IMG/VR virus record: IMGVR_UViG_3300028891_000010
Coordinates: 1-63,046 of that record
Reading direction: 5' to 3' (one strand)
Length of the DNA: 63,046 bases
Source: a virus
Taxonomy: Duplodnaviria; Caudoviricetes
Position 1 is the first letter of the stretch; every line of letters begins with the position of its first letter. The notes beneath the pieces are model-generated. The model saw nothing but the letters and a program-made list of their open reading frames with translations, was not told where the DNA came from and did not search any database. This document shows positions 19,887 to 28,705 of this stretch, piece by piece. The translations under genes and the position numbers were made by a program.

Positions 19887-20191
19887 TGGCTAAGAAAAGA
19901 AAAAGTAGATTAGAAAGACTGTGGAAAATAGAAGCAGACCCTTGGGTATGTTGTGACGTATGTAATACTGTAGTTAGTTATGGTATTGACTGTCCTTTAT
20001 GTGGAAAGCCTATAACAAGATTTTTTGGGTGTGAAAAAATAAAAGATAAAAATATTTTTTGTAAGTTTTGTAAAATTCAGTTTGAAATAATAGATTTTCA
20101 AAAGTTCTTAACACAAGTAAATAATGAGATAGAAAAACAAAGTAGGAAGCCCATTGTTTTGCAGATAAAATTATTAGAGCACGATGCCTAA
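19886..20191 (+). CDS. Cys-rich zinc-finger protein
   Basis: CDVC, CPLC, CKFC. Confidence 0.6.
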   Translation: MAKKRKSRLERLWKIEADPWVCCDVCNTVVSYGIDCPLCGKPITRFFGCEKIKDKNIFCKFCKIQFEIIDFQKFLTQVNNEIEKQSRKPIVLQIKLLEHDA

Positions 20192-20435
20192 ACGAAAAAA
20201 AAGTAGATTAGGTGGACATCATAATAATTTAGGAAGTAAAACTTGGAGAAAAAGAATTTATGCTAATGATGGAGAATTTGTAAAAGCTGGAAGTATTATT
20301 ATGAAAATAAATAAAAGTATTAAGTTAGGGGATAATGTTTATAGAAGTAAAAATATAATTCATTCCAAAATAGACGGAATTGTAAGAATAAAAGGAGATA
20401 GAGTATATGTTGATACGGAAAGGAAAAGAAGTTGA
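20184..20435 (+). CDS. rpmA: ribosomal protein bL27 homologue (divergent)
   Basis: DGEFVKAGSII..IKLGDNV..IIHSKIDGIVRI..VYV aligns with bL27 GGESVLAGSII..FHAGANV..TLFAKADGKVKF; length 83 aa matches. Confidence 0.75.
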   Translation: MPKRKKSRLGGHHNNLGSKTWRKRIYANDGEFVKAGSIIMKINKSIKLGDNVYRSKNIIHSKIDGIVRIKGDRVYVDTERKRS

Positions 20436-21078
20436 AGAGTGTTGTAGAGTAGAAGATAGTTTCTTTCATATTAATGATAGACATGGTTGGGATACACTTG
20501 TATATTGTGTATGGTGTAAATCTGTATATGTTTGGTTTAGAGGCTGTTTTATGGATTTTTATTCTAACAAGAATTACCCACCTTCTAAATGGTTTAACAA
20601 AAAAATAGGTGTTTTATCTCCCACAGCAGAAAAACTTGTTTATATTGTATCTTCTGATTTAAATAAGTCTAATATTAAAAAATTCTGTCGTATTCAAGAG
20701 AAAGATATTTTAGGTTTTAATATTCGTAAATGCATTGCAGGAGCTGGGGTGGGTTGTCCTACTCCCGATGACTTTGGTGAAGCTTATTTACCTTTTATCG
20801 AGATTGAAGGTGTAGGAGCATTAAGCATCGCATTTGAAATGCGACCTTGGGTTCATGTATCAACACGCTATCATAGTTTTGAAGAAATTATGAAATATAA
20901 AGATGCTTTTAAAGAAGATACAATTTCTGAGACTTTAGAATTAGGAGGACTTTATGATTTAGAACAAGCGAGAACTATAATTAAATTTGTTATTGCTTAC
21001 TTAAAAGGAGAAATTAAATTTCTTCCTGAATGGAAGACTACAGGATGGTATAAAGTAAGAAAAAGGAGGAAAAAGTAG
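20407..21078 (+). CDS. hypothetical protein
   Basis: 223-aa ORF in the accessory block. Confidence 0.55.
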   Translation: MLIRKGKEVEECCRVEDSFFHINDRHGWDTLVYCVWCKSVYVWFRGCFMDFYSNKNYPPSKWFNKKIGVLSPTAEKLVYIVSSDLNKSNIKKFCRIQEKDILGFNIRKCIAGAGVGCPTPDDFGEAYLPFIEIEGVGALSIAFEMRPWVHVSTRYHSFEEIMKYKDAFKEDTISETLELGGLYDLEQARTIIKFVIAYLKGEIKFLPEWKTTGWYKVRKRRKK

Positions 21079-21513
21079 ATGTTAAAAAGAATTGATTTAT
21101 TTAAAGCTAAAAGCATTATTGAAGGACTTGATTATTTAAATAAAATTTTTTCTTCTAAATTTATGTGGCATAAATTAGAAAAAAGAAAAATCACAGATAA
21201 AATTTTTAACATTACTTTAATTAGAGAAGAACCCGAAACGGGAGTAAATGGACATGGTTGTGAACATTTGTTAATTTTTTCTCAAACCCTTACAGACATT
21301 TTTTATAGCATAGAAAAAACTGAAATATTTAAAACTTATATAGCAATTAAAATTCTCTTTTTTCCTAATAGCCCTATTTTTGATAAAAATGATTTTGTAT
21401 TTGAAGAGGATGCTAATTTTATTTCGAAAAAAGTGAGATTTCTTTTATTAGATTTGCCTTGTGGAGAATACACTAAGAAAGAATTAGAAAAAATAGTAAG
21501 AAAAAGGAGGAAA
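21054..21513 (+). repeat. 19-bp direct repeat AGTAAGAAAAAGGAGGAAA at 21054-21072 and 21495-21513
   Basis: Identical copies at the 3' ends of consecutive genes, each containing the next SD. Confidence 0.8.
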
Positions 21514-21516
21514 TAA
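21079..21516 (+). CDS. hypothetical protein
   Basis: SD AGGAGG; 145 aa. Confidence 0.6.
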   Translation: MLKRIDLFKAKSIIEGLDYLNKIFSSKFMWHKLEKRKITDKIFNITLIREEPETGVNGHGCEHLLIFSQTLTDIFYSIEKTEIFKTYIAIKILFFPNSPIFDKNDFVFEEDANFISKKVRFLLLDLPCGEYTKKELEKIVRKRRK

Positions 21517-21681
21517 ATGTCTCTCAAAAGTAAAATATTGAGAATATTACGAAAAGAAGCAATATTATATGATGAAACAGAAGGAACTTATGCTATATTT
21601 AGTAGTGACGAGACATTTGAAAGAGTGGCAGAAAAGATTGCGGAAATGGTTAAGAGGAGCATTAAAAAGAAAAGGAGATAA
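21517..21681 (+). CDS. 54-aa hypothetical protein (not in the ORF track)
   Basis: SD AGGAGG; MSLKSKILRILRKEA...IKKKRR* fills the gap. Confidence 0.6.
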   Translation: MSLKSKILRILRKEAILYDETEGTYAIFSSDETFERVAEKIAEMVKRSIKKKRR

Positions 21682-21683
21682 AG

Positions 21684-22085
21684 ATGGATTTATCGCTTCG
21701 CTACATAAAAATGTGTGAAAAAGCGAAACAGTTACAAAAAGAATGGAAACCTAAAATTGGTGATTTTTATAATTGTGAAGGAGAAATATTTTTAAATGGA
21801 TTTGAAAAAGAAAAAGATTTTGAAAATTTTCTTAGAAAAACTGAAAAATGTTTCTGTGTTTTTAAACAAGACCAATTACAAGAAATACTTAACTTAAAAG
21901 TAATTAAATATGGATTACTAAACGAAATAGGTAACATTCTATATAGGGCTTATAAAGATAGATATGTTTCTGGATTTGCTTTTGATTCATTTGAACAACT
22001 ATGGCTTGCTTTTGTAATGTATAAAAAATATGGAAAAATTTGGGATAATAAAAAAGAAGAATGGATTAAGGAGGAAGAGAGATGA
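21684..22085 (+). CDS. hypothetical phage protein
   Basis: SD AAGGAG; YIKMCEKA..QDQLQE..SFEQLWLAFVM. Confidence 0.65.
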   Translation: MDLSLRYIKMCEKAKQLQKEWKPKIGDFYNCEGEIFLNGFEKEKDFENFLRKTEKCFCVFKQDQLQEILNLKVIKYGLLNEIGNILYRAYKDRYVSGFAFDSFEQLWLAFVMYKKYGKIWDNKKEEWIKEEER

Positions 22086-22270
22086 AATTTCATATTCATA
22101 TTTACGAAGTTAAATCAAAGTATGAAATAGATATAGAAGCAAATAATCCAATTGAAGCTAAAACAAAAGCTATTGAAATGTATAAAACAAACAAAGAGAA
22201 ACTTATAAAATGCGAAAAAGATTGTGACATAATAGTTTTAGCTTTTAATGAGAAAGGAGAAGAAGTATGA
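22082..22270 (+). CDS. hypothetical protein
   Basis: SD AGGAGG; ATGA overlaps. Confidence 0.6.
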   Translation: MKFHIHIYEVKSKYEIDIEANNPIEAKTKAIEMYKTNKEKLIKCEKDCDIIVLAFNEKGEEV

Positions 22271-22854
22271 AGAAAAACAAGAAGACAATATCGGGTAGAG
22301 GTACAAGACCAAAAACATGCAAACCTAAATGGATTTTAGAGAAGAACCAATCGAAAGCAAAACTTCATTATAATTTTAGACATAATCACTTAGTGCCTTT
22401 AGTAGGATTTAGAGTGGATTTATATGAAAACGAAGATGAGTATGGTTGGGGACGAATGGATGAAAGTGTAAGTTTTGTAGTAGAAAAAATAGAAAATAAT
22501 AAATTATATGTAAAAGTTTATCATATGAAACATATAGGAGAGTATAAACATATAGGAAAACACTTAGAAGATAGTCATAAGCTATATGAAGTAGATTTAA
22601 GTAAGGATTTTGATGAAAGTAATGTAAAAGAAGTAAAAGAAATAGATACTAAAGAGAAACTGTGGAAAGAATCATCTCTAGGTAATTTGTTAGAATTGTT
22701 GACAGGAGAAACTTTTCGAGTAGTTGAGAGTAGTCTAGAAGAAAGACTTTGGAGAGCAGTTAGTAAATCTTACGAATTTAAATTTATAGATTGTGGAAAC
22801 GGATGGTGTAAGCTTATTGAAGGTAGTTTTAAGAAAAGGAGAAAAAAGAAGTGA
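22267..22854 (+). CDS. hypothetical protein
   Basis: 195-aa ORF. Confidence 0.55.
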   Translation: MKKNKKTISGRGTRPKTCKPKWILEKNQSKAKLHYNFRHNHLVPLVGFRVDLYENEDEYGWGRMDESVSFVVEKIENNKLYVKVYHMKHIGEYKHIGKHLEDSHKLYEVDLSKDFDESNVKEVKEIDTKEKLWKESSLGNLLELLTGETFRVVESSLEERLWRAVSKSYEFKFIDCGNGWCKLIEGSFKKRRKKK

Positions 22855-22940
22855 GACTTGTAACTATAGCATTATTTCAATTTACTTGTATGTTATTGGG
22901 TTTCATAATAGGTCTTTTAATTTTTCGGAGGTACAAATGA
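22851..22940 (+). CDS. 29-aa single-TM peptide (not in the ORF track)
   Basis: GTG start overlapping the upstream stop; MRLVTIALFQFTCMLLGFIIGLLIFRRYK; stop overlaps the next ATG. Confidence 0.5.
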   Translation: MRLVTIALFQFTCMLLGFIIGLLIFRRYK

Positions 22941-23479
22941 ATGATGTCATTTTATTTGCTGAAAAAATTATAGAGTTCAAATCAGTGTATTTAGCAGGAG
23001 GTATTCAAAATCGCAATAATCCCGAAAGCTGGAGAGAGCCTTTAACTAAATTCTTTAAGTCCAATAATATAGAGGTGTACGATCCTGTAAAAGATAATGA
23101 GAATATTTTTAACCCAAGCGTGCTAGGTCTAGATGTTAAAACTCTAAGTGATTTAATGGGAGTGGACGAACTAAAACATGCTGTGCTACTGAAACAGACC
23201 GAACTAAATGATATGTACGTTGTCAAAAACAAAGCAGATCTAGTGGTATTTTATCTAGATGGGACTGAAAGCTTTGGAACTTGGACAGAGTTTTCTTGGG
23301 TTTATAGTTTAAAGAAGCCTTTTATAATAGTAAGAACTGAGCCTCGTAAAAAATTACCTGACTGGGTAAAGTGGAGACGATACTATGCTTTAATTATAGA
23401 TAGAATAGCGTTGGAATTTAGAAGTTTTGAAGAGTTAAAAAGATTTTTTATAGAATATTTAGGATTCAAAGATGTATAA
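22937..23479 (+). CDS. nucleoside 2-deoxyribosyltransferase-like protein
   Basis: SVYLAGGI, WR, YDP, ADLVVFYLDG..SFGTWTE; SD GGAGGT places the start at 22937. Confidence 0.75.
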   Translation: MNDVILFAEKIIEFKSVYLAGGIQNRNNPESWREPLTKFFKSNNIEVYDPVKDNENIFNPSVLGLDVKTLSDLMGVDELKHAVLLKQTELNDMYVVKNKADLVVFYLDGTESFGTWTEFSWVYSLKKPFIIVRTEPRKKLPDWVKWRRYYALIIDRIALEFRSFEELKRFFIEYLGFKDV

Positions 23480-23577
23480 CGGTTATTATTGCAGCCCCAC
23501 TCCTAAAGAACACTTAAATCAGGTTCAGTAAGATTTTATGGTGAGGGTGAAAAGATTAAATAAGAGGGAGGATACGA

Positions 23578-23952
23578 ATGAGATTAAGAGAAATAACTTT
23601 AACTTTTCATGAGTGTATTGAAGCAGGACACTGGGTACCAAATGACCCAGGGGTCTGCAGTCAAAGACATGGACATTCTTGGACTATAAATGTGTCTATA
23701 ATAGGCCTATATCACCCAACGCAGGGAATGCTAGTTAACTTTAGAGATGTTAAAAAAATTATACGAAGATTTGATCATACAACTCTAAACGATTACTTTA
23801 AGTTACCTACTGCTGAAAACCTAGCTAGATATTTTGCTATGAAAGTATTAAGACTAAATTCTGATAGTATCATTTCAGTTAAAGTTGACGTTGCTGAGAA
23901 GCAAGATAACAACATAGCTACTGCTATTATAGATAACTGGAGGTTTAGATGA
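23578..23952 (+). CDS. queD: 6-carboxy-5,6,7,8-tetrahydropterin synthase
   Basis: AGH, CSQRHGHSW, GMLVNF, FDHTTLND, PTAENLA. Confidence 0.9.
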   Translation: MRLREITLTFHECIEAGHWVPNDPGVCSQRHGHSWTINVSIIGLYHPTQGMLVNFRDVKKIIRRFDHTTLNDYFKLPTAENLARYFAMKVLRLNSDSIISVKVDVAEKQDNNIATAIIDNWRFR

Positions 23953-24296
23953 TGAAAGAAGGTGGTACTAAATACGATAATCAAAAACCTAAACTAGCTT
24001 TACTTCCTCCTGCAGCTATAGTTGAAGTAGGTAAAGTTTTCACTTTTGGAGCTAGTAAGTATGGTGAAAACAATTGGAGAGGTGGATTTAAATGGACTAG
24101 ATTACTAAGCGCATGTCTAAGACATATATTTGCTTTTTTAAAGGGAGAAGACTTAGACGAAGAAAGTGGATTAAATCATTTGGCCCATGCAACTGCTTGT
24201 CTACTAATGCTACTGGAATTATACTATACAAGAAAAGATCTAGATGATAGATATAAACATGAAAAGAAGAAAGAAAAAAAGAAAAAGAATAGTTAA
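23949..24296 (+). CDS. dATP/dGTP diphosphohydrolase (DUF5664-like)
   Basis: GGTKYDNQKP, VFTFGASKYGENNW, LRH, DLDEESGLNHLAHA. Confidence 0.85.
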   Translation: MMKEGGTKYDNQKPKLALLPPAAIVEVGKVFTFGASKYGENNWRGGFKWTRLLSACLRHIFAFLKGEDLDEESGLNHLAHATACLLMLLELYYTRKDLDDRYKHEKKKEKKKKNS

Positions 24297-24636
24297 GATA
24301 CCAGAAAAAATACACGAAATAATTAGCTATTTAGCTCATGCATTTAAAAATAGCTTTCTAGAAGAAGACGATCTAAAGCAGAATATGTACTTATGGTATT
24401 TAGAACGAATAAAAAAGAATAAGAAGCTAACTAACATAAAAAAGTTTACTCCAGGATATTGGTTTCTATGGTTTAAATGGAAGCTAAAAACATTATATAG
24501 AAAAGAAGTAAATAGAATTTGTAGAGAGTGGAATATTAAACTAGGAGATAGTGATGGTAGAACAAAACTACAATCTAAAATTGGATATCTCTCTTGTAAT
24601 TCACGATTTGAAGAAGAAACTGGGACAGAGATATAA
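24259..24636 (+). CDS. sigma region-2-like protein
   Basis: IISYLAHAF...EEDDLKQNMYLWYLE resembles ECF sigma region 2. Confidence 0.5.
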   Translation: MKRRKKKRKRIVKIPEKIHEIISYLAHAFKNSFLEEDDLKQNMYLWYLERIKKNKKLTNIKKFTPGYWFLWFKWKLKTLYRKEVNRICREWNIKLGDSDGRTKLQSKIGYLSCNSRFEEETGTEI

Positions 24637-24832
24637 GATACTTGAAGACTATTTAATGGGGTATAAAATAAGTGAAATATGCAAAAAGCATAGTCTTAGT
24701 AGATTTATAGTAACCAGTGTTCTCAAAGGGTGTCTAGAATATGCTCGTAAAATTTTAGAAGAGGAGGGAGTATATCATGCCAAGAAAAAGAGGAAGAAAA
24801 ATAGACGTTTACAAAAGAAGATTAGAAGTTAA
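24551..24832 (+). CDS. sigma region-4-like HTH protein
   Basis: RYKILEDYLMGYKISEICKKHSLSRFIV; own SD AGGAGA. Confidence 0.55.
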   Translation: MMVEQNYNLKLDISLVIHDLKKKLGQRYKILEDYLMGYKISEICKKHSLSRFIVTSVLKGCLEYARKILEEEGVYHAKKKRKKNRRLQKKIRS

Positions 24833-25310
24833 AAAATTATACTTGCAAGGATCTTCTTTATATGATATAGCTCAAAGACTCAACGTATCTGTCAGCACTA
24901 TAAAAAAAGATATACAAGAAATCAATAGATGGTATTTAGAAGCTGTAGAAAAAAACCCACACATATTAGAAAAGCAAGCTGTGTATATACTACGTCACTT
25001 GGATGAGTTAAGAATGGTTAAAGAAAGGCTATGGAAGCTTGCTGATGAAACAAGCACTTCAAAAGACGAAGTAAACGCCTTAAAAGCGATACTAGATGAG
25101 CTATCTCACGAAGCAAGAGTGTTAAGATTAATTGATGTATCCAAAACCATTAACAACTACATTAAGATAGATAAGATAGAAGTGCTAGTAAACGGAGCCA
25201 TTGAGGTAATTAAGGAGTTTGTTCCTCCTGACAGACAAAAATACGCATTAGAAAGACTAAAAAATTTAGGTCAAGAAATAATAGAGGGAGAAAAAATAGA
25301 TGCGAGATAA
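24777..25310 (+). CDS. terS: terminase small subunit (putative, HTH)
   Basis: N-terminal HTH LYLQGSSLYDIAQRLNVSVSTIKKDI, helical body, upstream of terL. Confidence 0.65.
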   Translation: MPRKRGRKIDVYKRRLEVKKLYLQGSSLYDIAQRLNVSVSTIKKDIQEINRWYLEAVEKNPHILEKQAVYILRHLDELRMVKERLWKLADETSTSKDEVNALKAILDELSHEARVLRLIDVSKTINNYIKIDKIEVLVNGAIEVIKEFVPPDRQKYALERLKNLGQEIIEGEKIDAR

Positions 25311-25611
25311 TAATAACAAATTTATTAAAAGCATCAATATAGAAAACAACATGAAATTAATAACTTTACTCACATGTAAAGAATTAATAGATCAGGCTTT
25401 AAGTGATCCTGTAGTTAACTTAATGCATGAGGGAGCCTTAATTACCTCAATAATGAGGTTATACTTATACGCTGAGATCATATACTTGCTTAGCAAAAAT
25501 TCCACTATTTATCAGGCAATACAGAGTCTTATATCTGATCTAAGCATTAAAGCTATTAAAGAGTTAAAAAAACCGAAAGACTCACAAGAGGGAGATAATG
25601 AACATCAATAA
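25300..25611 (+). CDS. hypothetical protein
   Basis: 103 aa between terS and terL. Confidence 0.5.
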   Translation: MRDNNNKFIKSINIENNMKLITLLTCKELIDQALSDPVVNLMHEGALITSIMRLYLYAEIIYLLSKNSTIYQAIQSLISDLSIKAIKELKKPKDSQEGDNEHQ

Positions 25612-27415
25612 GTTCAAAAATATCTGGAACTCTTCTATAGACAACGCTATTAAAAATATAGAGGAAGGAAAACATCTTTCTAAATTTAAAATAAAACCAG
25701 TTCCTCCTAAAGAGTTTTTTGAAGTCTGGTTAAAACAACCTCTCTTTCCTATGCAGTATGAAGTTTTAAATCAAGTATTTACTAATAATTATATGGATTG
25801 GAATACCAGTATAAATGAAATAGTTCTGATATGGGGCGAAGGGTCAGGAAAGGACTACACTATAGTCAGAACTTTAGTATATGTGTGTTACTGGTTATGC
25901 TGTCTTATGAGACCACAAGAATATTTCAAGTTAGGTAAAGATACACCTATTGTAATTGCTAATATGTCTGTAAATGAAGATCACGCTAAAGATGTGTTTT
26001 TTAGTCAGTTCACATCTTGTCTAAGAAGTGTTATAAATCCCGCAACTGGAAATAATTTTTTTGAGGAGTTAGGTGTGGATCTGAGAGAAGGAAAAGATAT
26101 ACAGACACGTAAAGTACTGTTGCCTAGTTACATAGAGGCTTATGCATTAGACCAAAGTAAGTACGCAGCAGAAGGTAAGAACGTATTGTTCGCAGTGTTC
26201 GACGAAATAGCTGAATTTAGGTTTGATAAGGCTAAACAAAGATACGAAAACTTAAAAAACACTGCTTTTTCTAGATTTCCAGAACATTATAAAATAGCTA
26301 TGTTATCCTATCCAAGAGACGAATATGACTTTTTAATGACTCATATGAAAGAAGTACAGAATTGGCCAGAAGAATTAAAATCTAAAGTCTACGTTAAAGT
26401 AGCTGCTCCCTGGGAGGTAAGATCTAAAGAAGGAGCTCATTCTGATTTAATTAAAAAGAGATTATATAAAACTAAAGCTGATTATATTCAGATGTATCGT
26501 ACTGATCCTGTTGATGCTATGAGAAGATATGAGTGTAAATTTCCTAAAACAGGTATTAATAGATTTTTAAAGAAGTTTGATATAGTGTTGAGTAAATGCG
26601 TTAATTTTGATAGATCTTCTCCTTTTATATGGGAGAGTATTGGTAAAGAAAAAGAAATATATTTAACTGAAAAAGAATTAAACGAAATTACATTACAGCC
26701 TTGGTTTAAAAACACTTATACTTACGAGATATATCAATTAGAGCAAAAACTATTAGAAAGGCCTAATGATGAGCAATTAAAAAAGAAATTAGAGTTAGAA
26801 CTTCAAAAACACGAAAATGCTCAATACTTTATACATATTGACTTATCGAGAGGAATAAAAGACTGTGCTGGTTTAGCCGTAATACATCCTTACTTTATAT
26901 CATCTACTATTACTGGGTACTATGTAGATTTAGTAATACAGATAAGACCAGAAGATGTAGAAATAGATTTTGAAGAAATAAGACGGTTTATATTCAAATT
27001 AAATGATAGGGGTTTTGATATAGCTAAAGTGACATTAGACGGATTCCAGAGCGCCGACTTTTGTCAAATAGTCAAGAAGAGAGGAATAGATAGTGACATT
27101 ATATCAGTAGATAGGTCTAAAAAACCTTACGATACTTTTAAAAGCTTGCTATACCAAGGTAAAGTAAACATGTATAATTACTTAGTTTTAGTGAGAGAGC
27201 TAAAAGAACTAATAGTAACTCCTAAAGGTAAAGTAGATCACCCTGAGGAATCCCAGCAACGATTGAAAGAAGAAGGACTTAAGGAGGGAAGTAAAGACTG
27301 CAGTGATGCTATTTGTGGAGCTATATATACTGCAGTACTACAAGAGGCTGAATTTGGACCTACTATAGTAGATGAATCTGATTTAGAAACACCCGATGTT
27401 GAAGATATACTATAA
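25598..27415 (+). CDS. terL: terminase large subunit
   Basis: Walker A GEGSGKD, Walker B AVFDE, nuclease HIDLS..DCAG, LDGFQS, DHP, SKDCSDA. Confidence 0.9.
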   Translation: MNINKFKNIWNSSIDNAIKNIEEGKHLSKFKIKPVPPKEFFEVWLKQPLFPMQYEVLNQVFTNNYMDWNTSINEIVLIWGEGSGKDYTIVRTLVYVCYWLCCLMRPQEYFKLGKDTPIVIANMSVNEDHAKDVFFSQFTSCLRSVINPATGNNFFEELGVDLREGKDIQTRKVLLPSYIEAYALDQSKYAAEGKNVLFAVFDEIAEFRFDKAKQRYENLKNTAFSRFPEHYKIAMLSYPRDEYDFLMTHMKEVQNWPEELKSKVYVKVAAPWEVRSKEGAHSDLIKKRLYKTKADYIQMYRTDPVDAMRRYECKFPKTGINRFLKKFDIVLSKCVNFDRSSPFIWESIGKEKEIYLTEKELNEITLQPWFKNTYTYEIYQLEQKLLERPNDEQLKKKLELELQKHENAQYFIHIDLSRGIKDCAGLAVIHPYFISSTITGYYVDLVIQIRPEDVEIDFEEIRRFIFKLNDRGFDIAKVTLDGFQSADFCQIVKKRGIDSDIISVDRSKKPYDTFKSLLYQGKVNMYNYLVLVRELKELIVTPKGKVDHPEESQQRLKEEGLKEGSKDCSDAICGAIYTAVLQEAEFGPTIVDESDLETPDVEDIL

Positions 27416-27422
27416 TAAAATA

Positions 27423-27432
27423 GTTTTCAATA
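27423..27432 (+). promoter_or_regulatory. late-gene motif GTTTTCAATA upstream of portal
   Basis: One of seven copies found just 5' of a late-gene SD. Confidence 0.7.
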
Positions 27433-27449
27433 AGGGAGGAGTGTAAACT

Positions 27450-28703
27450 ATGCCTTTCTGGTTTTTTAATTTCAAAAAAGGTAAAACAGAAGAGAAAGAG
27501 TCTCAGATATCCGAAACTGCTAGCGCTTATGGAGCTCACGACTACGTAGAACCTTCCTACGAGCAAATATCTCCTAATACTATTCAACAATTATATGATC
27601 GGTCTAATCTGCTAAAAAAATATGTAAAACTTATTATAGACGAGTGTTTGCGTTATGAATTTAAAGCACACCCTAAAAAAGAATATGAAAGTGATAGAGA
27701 AGCTAAAGAACAAGCTAAAGAAATAAACGATTTATTATCTTTTTGCAATATCTACGAAACTTTTAATGAAATACGAGAAAAATATTTAAAAGACTTACTA
27801 TTATATGGTTATGCAGGGGTAGAATTAGAGCCTACTGAAGGACATATAGTAAAAGCTATTTACGCTGTGCCAGGCTATGCTATTCGTTTAAATGTTGATG
27901 ATACAGGTGCAAACTTTAAAGATGATAAAAAAGCTTATATCCTATTAAATCCTAATGAACTTGAAGAAATTGTGGCTTATTACCCTGCAAATTCTTTTAT
28001 ATATTTTGTATTAGATAAAATGAGTGATAGGGTTTACGGATCTCCTCCTATCACTAGTATATACCAGGAAATTATGACTGATATTAACTCATCTAAAAAT
28101 CTTAAAGCTGGTTCTAATTCTTTAAAAGCAGGAGTGTTATGCTTGCCTAAAGCACCCAGAACTCTTTTAAAAGATATTATTAATAGATTATTATTGATGT
28201 GTAAGAAAGACGCTAGAGTTAAAATAGTAGCATCTAGTACTGATGGTAAGTTTTTAGACCTAACTAATCTAAATCCAAAAGATACAATAGAATTGCAAAA
28301 ATGGTTGCTACAAAAAGCTAACATCTTTAATATTCCTCCTCTTAAGTTAGGCTTAACTGCTGACATAGGCTCTACTAGTGCAAGAGAGCAGAGAGATGAT
28401 TTTAAAGCCTTAATAGAAGATTTTGTTAAGTATGAACTGTCTAAATGGAATGCTATACTATTAAAAGCTAAGTTAAAATATAATAAAATAGAAATAACCT
28501 GCCCTAACCTAGCCACCAAATTAGAATATGAAAGAGCAAGAATAGCAGTTAGACTAGTAAATGGAGGTATAATCACTCCTAACGAAGCTAGGGTTAGGTA
28601 TTTAGGCCTGCCCAAACTGAAAGATCCTGCCGCAGATCAGTTAATGAGAGGAAAACAAGCTGTTTCTAGCCACGCTTCTGAAAAGAGAGAAGTGAAGGAA
28701 TAA
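27450..28703 (+). CDS. portal protein (HK97-like)
   Basis: DLLLYGYA, YGSPPI, FNIPPLKLG, GIITPNEARVRYLGLP. Confidence 0.9.
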   Translation: MPFWFFNFKKGKTEEKESQISETASAYGAHDYVEPSYEQISPNTIQQLYDRSNLLKKYVKLIIDECLRYEFKAHPKKEYESDREAKEQAKEINDLLSFCNIYETFNEIREKYLKDLLLYGYAGVELEPTEGHIVKAIYAVPGYAIRLNVDDTGANFKDDKKAYILLNPNELEEIVAYYPANSFIYFVLDKMSDRVYGSPPITSIYQEIMTDINSSKNLKAGSNSLKAGVLCLPKAPRTLLKDIINRLLLMCKKDARVKIVASSTDGKFLDLTNLNPKDTIELQKWLLQKANIFNIPPLKLGLTADIGSTSAREQRDDFKALIEDFVKYELSKWNAILLKAKLKYNKIEITCPNLATKLEYERARIAVRLVNGGIITPNEARVRYLGLPKLKDPAADQLMRGKQAVSSHASEKREVKE

Positions 28704-28705
28704 GT

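Noticed and set aside
22793-22936. N-terminal extension of the NDT-like ORF
   Set aside because: The SD supports a start at 22937 and a small TM ORF fills the interval.
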